Positions 30,506 through 40,558 are shown, numbered from the stretch's first letter. The stretch: 64,000 nucleotides of DNA from Candidatus Heimdallarchaeota archaeon (GCA_019057815.1 JAHLWR010000014.1:48690-112689), one strand, 5' to 3'. Notes: generated by a model not told the origin, from the sequence alone. Program-made: numbers and translations.

Positions 30506-32110
30506 TTATTGCTTTCTCGTTCGCTTTCTGGATATTCTCCCTGTGATTAATAGAACAGCTATTATTAGAAGAGTAAGGGTGAAGTCTAATTGATTTTCAT
30601 CTGTAGTAGATTCAACTGAAGTGTATTCAGTTGTAGTATGTTCAACATCTTCTTCAAGAGGATAGAGATCTTTTGAACCTGCAGAGCCATCAATAGAATA
30701 ACTGCCAAATCCTGACCAATCAGACCAAAAATTGCCTTTTTTTGCTTCTACATCAAACCAAATATTATTAGTTCCATCATCATATGCTTGGGACGAACCT
30801 TTAGGATAATTTTCTACGAAATTGTTGTTGTGAATAGTATTATCATGAGACATGTCACTTATGAAGATACCATATTCTTCGTTTTCTTGTAAAAGATTGT
30901 ATGTAATAAGACAAGAATTTGAATAATAGAGATTAATTCCATTATATCCATTGAAGTTACAAGTATTATTGATAAATGTTGAATTAGAACAAAACCACAG
31001 CGTGATACCACTCTTGTCATTGAAACTGCAGGTATTATTGAAAATAGTAGTACTTAGAGAATCACGAAGATAAATACCACAAAAGTTGTTATTACATGTG
31101 TTATTGATTAGAGTGGTTTTATTACACCAACGGAGAGTCAAACCATCAACGATATTTGATAATTCTTGGTTACTGACTATAAGTTCTGTGCAGTTAATTA
31201 AGATTAGTTGACCATATATTGGTTCGGAAAGGTTAATATTGAAGAGATTTATGTAAAAACCAAGTTTTTTATCGTTAACCAAGTTGTTTTCGATAGAGTA
31301 AGTGAGGAATTCTTCAATATTAGTTCCAAAGATATAGTAACCATTGTTATGGAAAGTGTTATTGATTACAATTGCACCAAAAGAATAGCGAGATATACGG
31401 ATACCATAGATATTGTTGTCCAAACAAGTGTTATTGATGACATTAGTATTAGAAGAAGAATACAAAAGGATACCATCAACGTTGTTAATAGAGCAAGCGT
31501 TATTGATAATTGTAGAATCAGAAGAAGAAGATAACCAAATGCCATAGTTGTTATTTGAACAAACATTATTCAAAAGTGTAGCATTAGAAGACTGTTCTAG
31601 ATAGATACCAATATTGTTGTGAGTACAAGTATTATTAGTAATAATAGCATTAGAGGAAAGAAACAAATAGATACCATTACCCCAGTGGTTCAAACATATG
31701 TTATTCATAATCTTAGCTTTTCCATCGGTAACATTCTCAATATAAATACCATTACCCCTCGTGTCCAAAAAACAATCTCGAATAATAAAAAATTTAGTTG
31801 TATCTGTAATAAGAATACCACTTGTAACATATGTAGTTGTAATGTTATATCCCTCTATTATATAGGGTTCTTCAGCTGTTCCTAAACCTGGAAAAACCTC
31901 AAAATCGCTATCAGAAGTAATACTAATAGCGTCATGGGGAGTTAAAGAGGAGTAGGAGAGTTGGGTGGATGAGTAAGTCACAGAATTCACGATAATTGCT
32001 GAGATGACGCTTGTTCTTATAATTAACACTGAAATACAAAGAATTACACAAATTGATAATTTAGATTTGGTAATCAATTTTCTCATTTGATTTCCTCCCA
32101 ATATAATCAT
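30506..32110 (-). CDS. Right-handed parallel beta-helix (NosD/CASH) surface protein with C-terminal anchor
   Basis: Signal peptide, G.GT.E.PYIIEG, repeated NN.C..N..GI.L..SS, GNFWSDW...D.YPL, then TM helix and basic tail. Confidence 0.9.
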   Translation of the reverse strand: MIILGGNQMRKLITKSKLSICVILCISVLIIRTSVISAIIVNSVTYSSTQLSYSSLTPHDAISITSDSDFEVFPGLGTAEEPYIIEGYNITTTYVTSGILITDTTKFFIIRDCFLDTRGNGIYIENVTDGKAKIMNNICLNHWGNGIYLFLSSNAIITNNTCTHNNIGIYLEQSSNATLLNNVCSNNNYGIWLSSSSDSTIINNACSINNVDGILLYSSSNTNVINNTCLDNNIYGIRISRYSFGAIVINNTFHNNGYYIFGTNIEEFLTYSIENNLVNDKKLGFYINLFNINLSEPIYGQLILINCTELIVSNQELSNIVDGLTLRWCNKTTLINNTCNNNFCGIYLRDSLSTTIFNNTCSFNDKSGITLWFCSNSTFINNTCNFNGYNGINLYYSNSCLITYNLLQENEEYGIFISDMSHDNTIHNNNFVENYPKGSSQAYDDGTNNIWFDVEAKKGNFWSDWSGFGSYSIDGSAGSKDLYPLEEDVEHTTTEYTSVESTTDENQLDFTLTLLIIAVLLITGRISRKRTRKQ

Positions 32111-32251
32111 CTATGTTTAAGTTATAATCGCAATAATATAAGTATTTTACTTAACAATGCGAAATGTTTTGCAGTTGTATAGTCTGAACAACTAAAATCC
32201 TTTGTGTCAATTAAAAATCTTACATTAGTTTAACTTAATGTTTTTGCAGTT

Positions 32252-33550
32252 TTAACCTTGAACCTCTTTCTCAGCTATCTTTTCTTTTCCTATTAATGGT
32301 GTTAGGAATAGTATTGGAATTATTCCTACCAGGTATACACATGCAGTTACTAAGAAGCACAATTTGAAATTGTATGGAGGTTCTGAACCAATTAAGTATC
32401 CCCCTAGCAATGCGCTGAAATTCCAGAAGAACCCCCAAGCGAAAGCTTCTAAAGAATTTATTTTTCCTCTGTGCTTTTTTGGGATAACATCCATTAGTAT
32501 TGATCTGCTCAAAGGTTGCGCAGCGTTCATTAGTGACCCCCTAGTTATGAAAATTGGTACCAAAATATAGACTGGCGGGAAAAATGCTATTCCAAATAAA
32601 CAAAGTGTTGCTATAAACTGAACTGTGAATATTATTTGTACTCTTCCTCTTTTCACTGAGAACTTTTGAGCTATCAAACTTGCTAAACCTGTAAATATAA
32701 ATGTCAATCCCATTATAACTTGAACCAGAACAGGATTGAGAAGATAAAATTCGTGCTCTTTGAAGAATATTGGAAAATATTTTATCGTCATACCAGCTCC
32801 AAAACCGATTATTATGTTGCTTCCTACAAGTAGAATTGCAATAAGCGCAGTAGAACTGATTCTAGAATGTTTACCATTTCTCTTGTCATCATGATTATGG
32901 TCCATTTCAAGGTCTATAGATTCACTTGAAGTGTCTAAAGATTTTTTATCATCAAAGAAGAGCATTATGACAAGAGAAAAAAGCGTTATACAGATTCCTA
33001 CTATCATAACATTCTTCATGATTTGAATATCCCATTCATCTCCAAAGATTAGGAAAAGACCTACATTCAAGAATGGACCAATGGCCATAGAAACCTGTCT
33101 TGTAAGATGAAGCCATGAATAAGTACGGGAACGTTTTCCTGATTTAACTGAATCTGCTAATATAGACTCAAGAGAAGGTCTACTCATCCCTTGAAAAAGC
33201 CCCCATAACACTAACGCTATTATAAGAAATTTGATTTCATTTTTACTAAATAAAATGAAACCTAGAGATGCAACACCTACAACTGAAGCAATTTTGAGAA
33301 AGATATCTCTTCTATATTTATCAATTAAGAAACCTGTAGGAAAAACAACGAGAGTCATTGTTATTCCAGTAGCAAAAGATGTCCATCCCAGAATTACGGG
33401 ATTATCTCCAGCGATAGCAAAGATATAAACGCTAAGTACGTTACCCATCCACACTCCTCGACCTATTGACTGAGAAATGGAAAAAAGGAATGCAAGTTTA
33501 ACATTGTGATTCATAGTTTTAATAGTATTTCGAAGAGATAAATTAGTCAA
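32252..33550 (-). CDS. MFS transporter
   Basis: Twelve TM helices, GFLIDKYRR motif A and SILADSV. Confidence 0.9.
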   Translation of the reverse strand: MTNLSLRNTIKTMNHNVKLAFLFSISQSIGRGVWMGNVLSVYIFAIAGDNPVILGWTSFATGITMTLVVFPTGFLIDKYRRDIFLKIASVVGVASLGFILFSKNEIKFLIIALVLWGLFQGMSRPSLESILADSVKSGKRSRTYSWLHLTRQVSMAIGPFLNVGLFLIFGDEWDIQIMKNVMIVGICITLFSLVIMLFFDDKKSLDTSSESIDLEMDHNHDDKRNGKHSRISSTALIAILLVGSNIIIGFGAGMTIKYFPIFFKEHEFYLLNPVLVQVIMGLTFIFTGLASLIAQKFSVKRGRVQIIFTVQFIATLCLFGIAFFPPVYILVPIFITRGSLMNAAQPLSRSILMDVIPKKHRGKINSLEAFAWGFFWNFSALLGGYLIGSEPPYNFKLCFLVTACVYLVGIIPILFLTPLIGKEKIAEKEVQG

Positions 33551-33856
33551 GAATACACATCCATAGCGCAGGATAAAGCTTCTGTGTATGATGAGAAATC
33601 TCTTATTTAAAATATTTCTTTAACGACACATAAGATCAAGTAACTTTAAAATTAGAATTATCTTCTAACAACTATAAATATCAATTTCTCTTGAAAACTC
33701 TAGAAAGGATAGACACATCTCTTTGAGTAGAAAAAAGATAATTTTTTGAATAAGAAAAAGAAGAAAATCTGGGATTATTGAACTTCATTTCAATTTTTTC
33801 TCAATCAACTGTATAAAATACGAGAAAAGTTTTTAATATTTACTTTGAATTACATG

Positions 33857-33928
33857 TAGATATCGTGAAATGAGCTTTTAAAGATTATCAGGCAAATTAA
33901 AACTAGTTCACGTAACGGTTTCTATCTA
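33857..33928 (+). promoter_or_regulatory. Long imperfect stem-loop in the 5' leader of 33941
   Basis: TAGATA/TATCTA outer stem, CGTGAA/TTCACG and TTTTAA/TTAAAA inner stems; lies between a BRE/TATA-like AAAAGTTTTTAAT and the RBS AGAGGTG. Confidence 0.4.
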
Positions 33929-33940
33929 AGAGGTGAAAAA

Positions 33941-34453
33941 ATGAAACAGAAGAAAAAAATAATACTACTTTTTACAATCTGTATGCTTATCTTTGTCTTT
34001 AATGCTTTTCAAAGTCAAGCAAAAACATTCGGTGCAACTAGAGAACTGGATTTTAATAGCTCTTTCTCGGTGGGATATAAGGTGAGTAAAAATCAAAATA
34101 TTAAATGGTCTTTTAATGGATCTAATTCACTTGTTGGTATTATAGTACTGGCAATGGATGAAAATAATTATAATATATTCATGGATGACGCCTTCAGCGC
34201 TTTCGCATACACTTTATCAGATGGGAGCTACTATTCTCACTATGGAACTTTCAAAGCTAAATCGAGTGATAAGTGGTGGATTGCTTTCATAAATTTAGAT
34301 GGAGATATGTTATCAACCTCAATTACATACAAAGTTGAATTTCCATATATGAGTACGGGCTTATACATAGCAATAATTGGAGGACTTTCAGTAATGGTGG
34401 TTATAGCTGCCATAGTCAGTTACAAACAAAAGAAAAAAAATAAACATCTTTGA
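33941..34453 (+). CDS. Type I membrane protein with a small beta-sandwich (GOLD/PPC-like) ectodomain
   Basis: Signal peptide, IKWSF...VLAMDENNY...GTFKAKSSDKWWIAFIN, TM helix and lysine-rich tail. Confidence 0.7.
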   Translation: MKQKKKIILLFTICMLIFVFNAFQSQAKTFGATRELDFNSSFSVGYKVSKNQNIKWSFNGSNSLVGIIVLAMDENNYNIFMDDAFSAFAYTLSDGSYYSHYGTFKAKSSDKWWIAFINLDGDMLSTSITYKVEFPYMSTGLYIAIIGGLSVMVVIAAIVSYKQKKKNKHL

Positions 34454-34531
34454 TTTCTGCTGTATCCCAGTCAAATATATATCAAACTAATGCACCACTA
34501 CATACTACTCACCAGCAATTTCTCTCAATAG

Positions 34532-34760
34532 ACAGCTGAAATTACAGATAGGAATAAGAGAGCTTTTACACGAAACAAGTAAACGTGAAGTACCAATAAA
34601 TTATGATATGAAAGAATTTGAAGAGGATTTAGAAATAATTGAGGAAGTATTGTGATGGTAGTTTGCATACAAGTTCTCTGATTGCACTTTCAAATATGAA
34701 AAGCTTATTTTTGAGAAATACTTGGGATTTATAGGTAGTGTAGATATATTGAACACTATT
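34532..34760 (+). pseudogene. Decayed UPF0175 antitoxin + DUF3368 (PIN) toxin pair
   Basis: IGIRELLHETSKREVPINYDMKEFEEDLEIIEEVL* overlapping ATG 34655; then MVVC / frameshift / TSSLIALSN, and a later piece GFIGSVDIL. Confidence 0.6.
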
Positions 34761-34765
34761 ACTCT

Positions 34766-35461
34766 TTATCCTTTTTTAAAGCACTGTTTTAAATCCTCAT
34801 CGAATAAATGAGCGTTTAACATCAGAATAAGGGAACCTGAATTAGCTAATACTTCACCCATCTCCTCAAAGCTTTGGTCTTTAGTCAAAGCACTAATCGC
34901 CTCACTATTTTTTTCAAACATACTAGCAGCTTCTGTGTCACGAAAAATCATAATTTTCTCCAAAAGTGCTCTTAAACAAGATTTTGATAGCTTTTGATCG
35001 GTTTTATACATGATTATTAATTCCAATAGAATATCAATATGTTTATCTAACTTTTTTGAATCCTCGAAATCTTTGAAAGAAAGTTTGGGATAGAACATTC
35101 TTGCAGTTCTAGAATAGATAGCTTTTGTGGATCTTTTTCCAGGTTCAATACATCTCCCAGCTTCGATAACAAGCTTAAATTTCTTAAGATCCTTTAAATA
35201 TCGATAAATAGTCATCTCGGACTTTTTCTCTTTTTTGAGAACCTCAGGGGCCAAACCAAGATCAGTTCCTCGCTTCTCAATAAAAGCATTATATTTTTTA
35301 GTTAATTCACTTACTGTTAAGGGACCCTCTCTTAATACAACAATTATTGGTTCGTAGACTGGATCTGATAGCATTTTATAGACTTTTTCATCTGTAATTG
35401 TTTTCAAAGCAACTGGTTCAAATTCAATGAAATTTTGACAACTCATGTTTATCACGACCAT
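34766..35461 (-). CDS. Winged-helix (ArsR-like) transcription regulator
   Basis: IIVVLREGPLTVSEL, TIYRYLKDLKKFKLVIEAG and YSRTARMF. Confidence 0.8.
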   Translation of the reverse strand: MVVINMSCQNFIEFEPVALKTITDEKVYKMLSDPVYEPIIVVLREGPLTVSELTKKYNAFIEKRGTDLGLAPEVLKKEKKSEMTIYRYLKDLKKFKLVIEAGRCIEPGKRSTKAIYSRTARMFYPKLSFKDFEDSKKLDKHIDILLELIIMYKTDQKLSKSCLRALLEKIMIFRDTEAASMFEKNSEAISALTKDQSFEEMGEVLANSGSLILMLNAHLFDEDLKQCFKKG

Positions 35462-35622
35462 TTCATCTGTTAGTTAACATAATATCATTAAGCGTTATAA
35501 ACGTTTTCATTCAACAATAATCGCATTTTCTTACAATGGTGGCAGGAATATCATAATTCAAAACCTTTATTAACACAGAACGAAATAGTATTCTTAAGCA
35601 ATAAGAATATGGTGTAAGAAAA

Positions 35623-35859
35623 ATGGTAGCAGAAACAACAATCCTGAAAAATCAAATAATGACCGAATTTAGAGTTAAAGAACCAGAAACATTCTATACT
35701 AATCTTCAAAAATTGGTTAAGAATGCAACAAGATTTCAATCAAGCAGAAAGGTTGATCAGATAACTCGATTATACCCCCAGAAATCTATTGAGGAGTTAT
35801 TATCTATACATAAGGATAAAGCTCGTGCAACGATAATGTTAAATTGTCCATATTTGTGA
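35623..35859 (+). CDS. Small hypothetical protein (78 aa), divergent from the wHTH regulator
   Basis: ATG with an upstream GGTG RBS-like site; fills the intergenic gap. Confidence 0.55.
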   Translation: MVAETTILKNQIMTEFRVKEPETFYTNLQKLVKNATRFQSSRKVDQITRLYPQKSIEELLSIHKDKARATIMLNCPYL

Positions 35860-35864
35860 TAATA

Positions 35865-36851
35865 TTACTCTTTTTTTCCTTCTTTTATTAAATCTAATCC
35901 TTGTTTTTCCTTAATTCGTGTTGAAATAATCATTATTGCTACTGCTAGCATAATTGCAAAACCTCCAATTAGATACCAACGAGTAATAGGTTCTTGTAAA
36001 ATTATAGCTCCAAGAATAATTGCTCCTACAGGCTCATCTAGAAGAAGTATTGACTGTGTTGATGATTCTACATATTTGGCTGAAACCATGATCAAACCAT
36101 ACGAAATTATACTTCCGAATAACGCAAGTAAACAACCTAATCCTATAATCTTCAAGTTAAAAACAGTACTGAATGAAAAACCAATCAGTGAAGAAGGTAA
36201 TGGAAATAATCTAAATATCAATAGCATAGGTAATCCTATTATTAAACCCCAGAGTAACACGTAACTAATGGATAAAGTAGCTGAGATGTCAGTTCTATCT
36301 TTAGCTGACCATCTACCGGCTAGTATATAAAAAGCATAAAGAAAGCCATTTGAAAGAGCAAGCAAGTCACCTGGTAAGGAAGAAACAAACGAACCCCATT
36401 TCCAAGGTTCAGTTAAAACAATAAGTCCTGATAATGCAAGAACTAGTGCTCCTACTTTTGTCTTGGAAATCTTCTCCTGGAAGAGTAAAGTTCCAAAAAG
36501 AAAAGTCATGAAAGGATGACTTTGTATCAACAATGCAGCTTTTCCTGCAGGGGTTCCCAATGAAATAGAACTTAAGTAAACGATTATCATTAAAGAGAAA
36601 ATAAATCCTTGGATAAAGTATGCTTTTTGCAGCTTAGATGTCATAATCAGCTTTACTTCGTTTTTACGCTTAAACAAGAAAAAAAGAATAACTGCAATAG
36701 CAAAAATTGAACCAAAAACAAGCCTGAGTAATGTTTGTTCTAAACTTGAAGCATTTAAATCTCTCATAAGAGCAGAAATAATAGGGATGGCACCAAAAGA
36801 TAATCCTCCGACAACAGCTGCTAAATAGCCTACTGTCTTCTTTTCTTTCAT
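35865..36851 (-). CDS. EamA/DMT family transporter
   Basis: Ten TM helices; FQEKI, GDLLAL, EPVGAIILG and LQEPI. Confidence 0.9.
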   Translation of the reverse strand: MKEKKTVGYLAAVVGGLSFGAIPIISALMRDLNASSLEQTLLRLVFGSIFAIAVILFFLFKRKNEVKLIMTSKLQKAYFIQGFIFSLMIIVYLSSISLGTPAGKAALLIQSHPFMTFLFGTLLFQEKISKTKVGALVLALSGLIVLTEPWKWGSFVSSLPGDLLALSNGFLYAFYILAGRWSAKDRTDISATLSISYVLLWGLIIGLPMLLIFRLFPLPSSLIGFSFSTVFNLKIIGLGCLLALFGSIISYGLIMVSAKYVESSTQSILLLDEPVGAIILGAIILQEPITRWYLIGGFAIMLAVAIMIISTRIKEKQGLDLIKEGKKE

Positions 36852-37149
36852 ATTACTTCACAACTAAATATTTCTTAATTACATCTCTTAAAAAGCTGTA
36901 TGTAATATTATTCATCTTAAGGATGAATTTACACACAAACAGGATTTAAAAGAAGGAAGGTATCAGAGTATCTCTTTTGTTTTAGGTACTCTGACATACA
37001 AAATCTTTTATTAAGACACTTATATTTGTTATTAGCTTAAATAAAATGTTTTCGAAAAAATATTCATTAAGCAGCTTATATTCTATTTCTAGGATATTTA
37101 TAATAATGAATAATTATATCTCCAAAAGAGAGGATGTCTCAGATTAAGA

Positions 37150-38151
37150 GTGGGTTTACCGAAAATAGGACGTTTTAACATAGGATTACTGAACAAAAAA
37201 AGGGGTAATTTTGAATTACAGGAAAAATTTGCAGGTTCTAATAAGGTTGTTGACGAAACATCCAAAGAGGTAGCACATCACCAACAAGCTTTGATTGATT
37301 CGGGGTATGACGTTTGTATAATAGATTGGGGTCCTGATTTTATTAAAGATATAAGAAAAGCAAATGTTGATATTGTATTTAACGTTTCCAGTGTGGTGGA
37401 AGCTGCAATATTAGAAGAAATTAAGATACCTTATGTTGGCTCTGATACTTTCACAATAGCAATTACAACAGACAAATCACTTACAAAAAGGATGTTGCAA
37501 CATGCGGGTTTGCCAACATCACCTTTCCATGTAGCAAGAACAGAAGCAGATTGTAGGATTTTTAAGGAAAATCCACCTTTTGATTATCCACTTTTTATAA
37601 AACCTGTAGCAGGAAGAGGTAGTGCTGGAATAAATGAGGAATCTGTTATTGATAACTATGATCAGCTAGTAAAAGGTGTACTAGAAAGATATAAAACCAT
37701 AGGACAGCCAGTCTTAATTGAGAGATTCTTAAAAGGAAGGGAAATAACATTCGGTGTTTTAGGTAATAATGAAGAGATAAGGGCACTCCCACCTTTGGAG
37801 ATAGTGTGTAGTGAAAGGAATGTCACATTGACATATGATAAGAAAGAAATGGACAATGATCGTTTTTTCTGCCCTGCAAAACTAACAAAAGAAAAAACAT
37901 TGGAGTTGCAATTGCTGGCAATTAAAGCTTACAAAGTATTAGGTTTCAAGGATTATGGAAGGATAGATACTAAATTAACAGCGGACGGACCCTTCCTGCT
38001 TGAAGGAAATACTTTTGCAGGTCTGATGTGCACGCCAGTAGAAAAACCTCATAGCTATATAGGATTTATGGCCGCTGCAGAAGGAAAACATAGCAAAGAA
38101 TTAATTGATGAAATAGTCCAGATTGCGATAAAGAGGTATGATCTAAGATAG
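37150..38151 (+). CDS. D-Ala-D-Ala ligase-like ATP-grasp enzyme
   Basis: IPYVGSD, DKSLTK, PLFIKP..GSAGI, LIERFLKGREIT, CPAKL, GRID and LEGN. Confidence 0.88.
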   Translation: MGLPKIGRFNIGLLNKKRGNFELQEKFAGSNKVVDETSKEVAHHQQALIDSGYDVCIIDWGPDFIKDIRKANVDIVFNVSSVVEAAILEEIKIPYVGSDTFTIAITTDKSLTKRMLQHAGLPTSPFHVARTEADCRIFKENPPFDYPLFIKPVAGRGSAGINEESVIDNYDQLVKGVLERYKTIGQPVLIERFLKGREITFGVLGNNEEIRALPPLEIVCSERNVTLTYDKKEMDNDRFFCPAKLTKEKTLELQLLAIKAYKVLGFKDYGRIDTKLTADGPFLLEGNTFAGLMCTPVEKPHSYIGFMAAAEGKHSKELIDEIVQIAIKRYDLR

Positions 38152-38152
38152 A

Positions 38153-39229
38153 GTGACTGGTATGAAAACACCCAGGATAGAGATAAACCTTGCAAAAATT
38201 GCACATAATGCCAAAAAGTTGAAGGAACTATACGGTTCAAAAGGTATCGGGGTAATTGGCGTAACAAAGGTGGTTTGTGGAGATCCCAAGATCGCTGATA
38301 TCTTGGTAAAAAGCGGAATAAATACTCTTGCCGATTCAAGGATAACCAATATCAGGAGGATGCGTAAAGCAGGCATACAGGCACAGTTTGTCCTGTTAAG
38401 AACACCCATACCTAGCCAAGCTGAATCAGTAGTAAAGTATGCCGACATTAGTCTTAATTCGGAGCTATCAGTAATCAAAAGCCTCTCAAAGTTTGCCATG
38501 AAAAACAATACAACACATAAAATCATTTTAATGGTAGAGTTGGGTGATCTAAGAGAGGGGTTAATGACTTCGGATTTAGAGGACATCGTAAGAGAGGTAG
38601 TAGAGCTGGAAGGGATTAAGCTTTCAGGTATAGGAACAAATCTGGCTTGTCTTGGAGGGATCAAACCGGACGAGGAGAAAATGGGATATTTGTCCTCACT
38701 CACTATAGAGGTTAAAGAGAGGTTCGACCTGACATTGGAGTTTGTTTCAGGTGGGAACTCAGCCAATTATAACTGGTTCATGTCCACAAAGGATGTTGGA
38801 AGGATCAATAACTTAAGACTGGGCGAATCGATCTATTTGGGACGTGAAACCCTCTATAGAAAAACCATCCCAGGATTATTCACAGATGCATTTACACTGG
38901 TAGCAGAGGTCATTGAATCGAAAATAAAGCCATCTGTACCATATGGAGAGGTATGTCAAGACGCATTTGGTAATATTCCAGAATTTCAAGATCGAGGACA
39001 AATAAGAAGAGCTATACTTGGAGTTGGATTACAAGATGTTCTAGTTTCTGGACTAACTCCCAGATCAGCGATTAACATCCTTGGTTCAAGCAGTGACCAT
39101 ATCATAGTTGATGCAAAGGAGATAGATTTAAATGTGGGAAACGAAGTGGAGTTCAACCTCAATTACGGTGCGTTACTCTCAGCTATGACATCTCCCTATG
39201 TAATGAAAAAATATGTAAATAATCTTTAG
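38153..39229 (+). CDS. Alanine/ornithine racemase-family PLP enzyme (YhfX/Orr-like)
   Basis: GVTKVVCG (PLP Lys), ELGDLREG, GTNLACLGG, SGGNS, LRLGES and GSSSDH. Confidence 0.9.
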   Translation: MTGMKTPRIEINLAKIAHNAKKLKELYGSKGIGVIGVTKVVCGDPKIADILVKSGINTLADSRITNIRRMRKAGIQAQFVLLRTPIPSQAESVVKYADISLNSELSVIKSLSKFAMKNNTTHKIILMVELGDLREGLMTSDLEDIVREVVELEGIKLSGIGTNLACLGGIKPDEEKMGYLSSLTIEVKERFDLTLEFVSGGNSANYNWFMSTKDVGRINNLRLGESIYLGRETLYRKTIPGLFTDAFTLVAEVIESKIKPSVPYGEVCQDAFGNIPEFQDRGQIRRAILGVGLQDVLVSGLTPRSAINILGSSSDHIIVDAKEIDLNVGNEVEFNLNYGALLSAMTSPYVMKKYVNNL

Positions 39230-39312
39230 ACTGAGAAGATGGAAAAAAGGAAAGCTAGCTTAATATTTTGATTCATGATCTTAATTGTATGTTTAAGTGA
39301 AAAATGGGCCAA
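39226..39312 (-). pseudogene. 5' remnant of an MFS paralogue of 32252-33550
   Basis: MAHFSLKHTIKIMNQNIKLAFLFSI versus MTNLSLRNTIKTMNHNVKLAFLFSI; both start with TTG after GTGTATTC. Confidence 0.8.
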
Positions 39313-39727
39313 GAATACACCTCTAAGTTTAGAATTAGAGTTTTTATTCAATCTCTAATACATGTTTTAGAAGTTTTTTTTAAACAGTACATAAACTCAA
39401 AAAAAAGCGAAATAATATTATATTATTGCTACTAGAAATCACAATTAAAATCAATTTTAGAGAAAAATTAATAAGAAGAAAACTGTACACTAAACTGCAT
39501 ATCTGGGGAAAAGCAGTGGTAAAAAACGGCCAAAAAGCAAGATTTAAGAAACTAGATCGCTTTGTTGAAGAGATAATAGATGGAGAGATTTGGACAATAA
39601 TGAATGAAAAAATGATTTCTAATGTAACTCTAAACGATTCAGACAATGCTAAATCGAAAAGATAATAAGGAAAACTTTTCCAAAATGAGGATACAAAATT
39701 AGTCAAGGAATATTAAATCATTTTTAG

Positions 39728-39761
39728 TAAAGCTTCTCTACCAGAAATTCTTACTTCTGTA
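39728..39761 (+). repeat. Imperfect direct repeat, left of the vapBC module
   Basis: TAAAGCTTCTCTACCAGAAATTCTTACTTCTGTA; partner at 40680. Confidence 0.6.
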
Positions 39762-39820
39762 AGTTATTTTTATCATCCAAATATACAAGAGTTCATTATA
39801 TACTAAATAGAAAATTACTT

Positions 39821-39840
39821 TAAGTAGAATATTCTACTTA
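39821..39840. promoter_or_regulatory. Perfect 20-bp palindrome, probable TA autoregulatory operator
   Basis: TAAGTAGAATATTCTACTTA, ending 5 nt before the antitoxin ATG. Confidence 0.7.
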
Positions 39841-39845
39841 TCTTT

Positions 39846-40130
39846 ATGTCTAGTGTAAAACTATCAAAAAAGCACCTTTTAGAGCAAATTCAAGCTAAAT
39901 TAGTTCTGATACAAGGTTCCAAAATATCTCAACAGGAAATTTTGGATAAATGTATAGAATTTTCGCACAATCATTTAGCTCAATTTGTTCAAGAACAATT
40001 AGATTCAACTCCAATAACTCCAGAACAAATAAGAAAGATTCTTAATAGTGCTTTAGATATCAATCTCTATCATCAGGATGAAACAGATGATGATCTACTC
40101 TATGGTATTTCTAAGACTGAGGAAAAGTGA
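39846..40130 (+). CDS. Putative antitoxin of the PIN toxin
   Basis: Small gene with N-terminal SSVKL (RHH-like) and acidic DDLLYG tail; GTGA overlap with the toxin. Confidence 0.75.
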   Translation: MSSVKLSKKHLLEQIQAKLVLIQGSKISQQEILDKCIEFSHNHLAQFVQEQLDSTPITPEQIRKILNSALDINLYHQDETDDDLLYGISKTEEK

Positions 40131-40558
40131 CTAGTATGGGAATAGTCTTAGATACAAGTTTCCTTTATGCACTTGTAATAGAGAAAGATAAAAACCATGA
40201 AGGAGCACAGATGATATTGAAAAATTCTGAATGGGAAAAATTTGGACCAGTTGTTACAATAGGTTTAGTGGTTAATGAAACATTTACATTAATGAATATG
40301 AGAACAAAAGGCAATATTATAGCAATAGAACTGTTAAACGATATTTTTTATGGAGAAAAAAACTTCTTTAGTATTATCTATCTAAATGAAGAAGATTTCA
40401 AATCATCAGTCAACATTATGAAAAAATATTCTAAAAAAGAAAGGATTCTGAGTTTTGTTGATGCTGCTTTGATTTATTTAGCAAAAAGATTGAGGTATGA
40501 AAATATTATATCCTTTGATTCACATTTTAATGGGATTTTAACTAGAATCTTTGAATAA
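40127..40558 (+). CDS. vapC: PIN-domain (VapC) toxin
   Basis: VLDTSFLYAL, NE, LSFVDA and SFDSHF. Confidence 0.9.
   Translation: MTSMGIVLDTSFLYALVIEKDKNHEGAQMILKNSEWEKFGPVVTIGLVVNETFTLMNMRTKGNIIAIELLNDIFYGEKNFFSIIYLNEEDFKSSVNIMKKYSKKERILSFVDAALIYLAKRLRYENIISFDSHFNGILTRIFE

Noticed and set aside
38143-38766. 207-aa antisense ORF (likewise 6976-7326, 31208-31534, 48111-48599 and other nested ORFs)
   Set aside because: Shadows of well-supported opposite-strand genes, with no motifs of their own.
39380-39706. Overlapping ORFs 39426-39665 (+) and 39380-39706 (-)
   Set aside because: TTG starts, no RBS or recognisable family; possibly a relic, but I cannot support a call.
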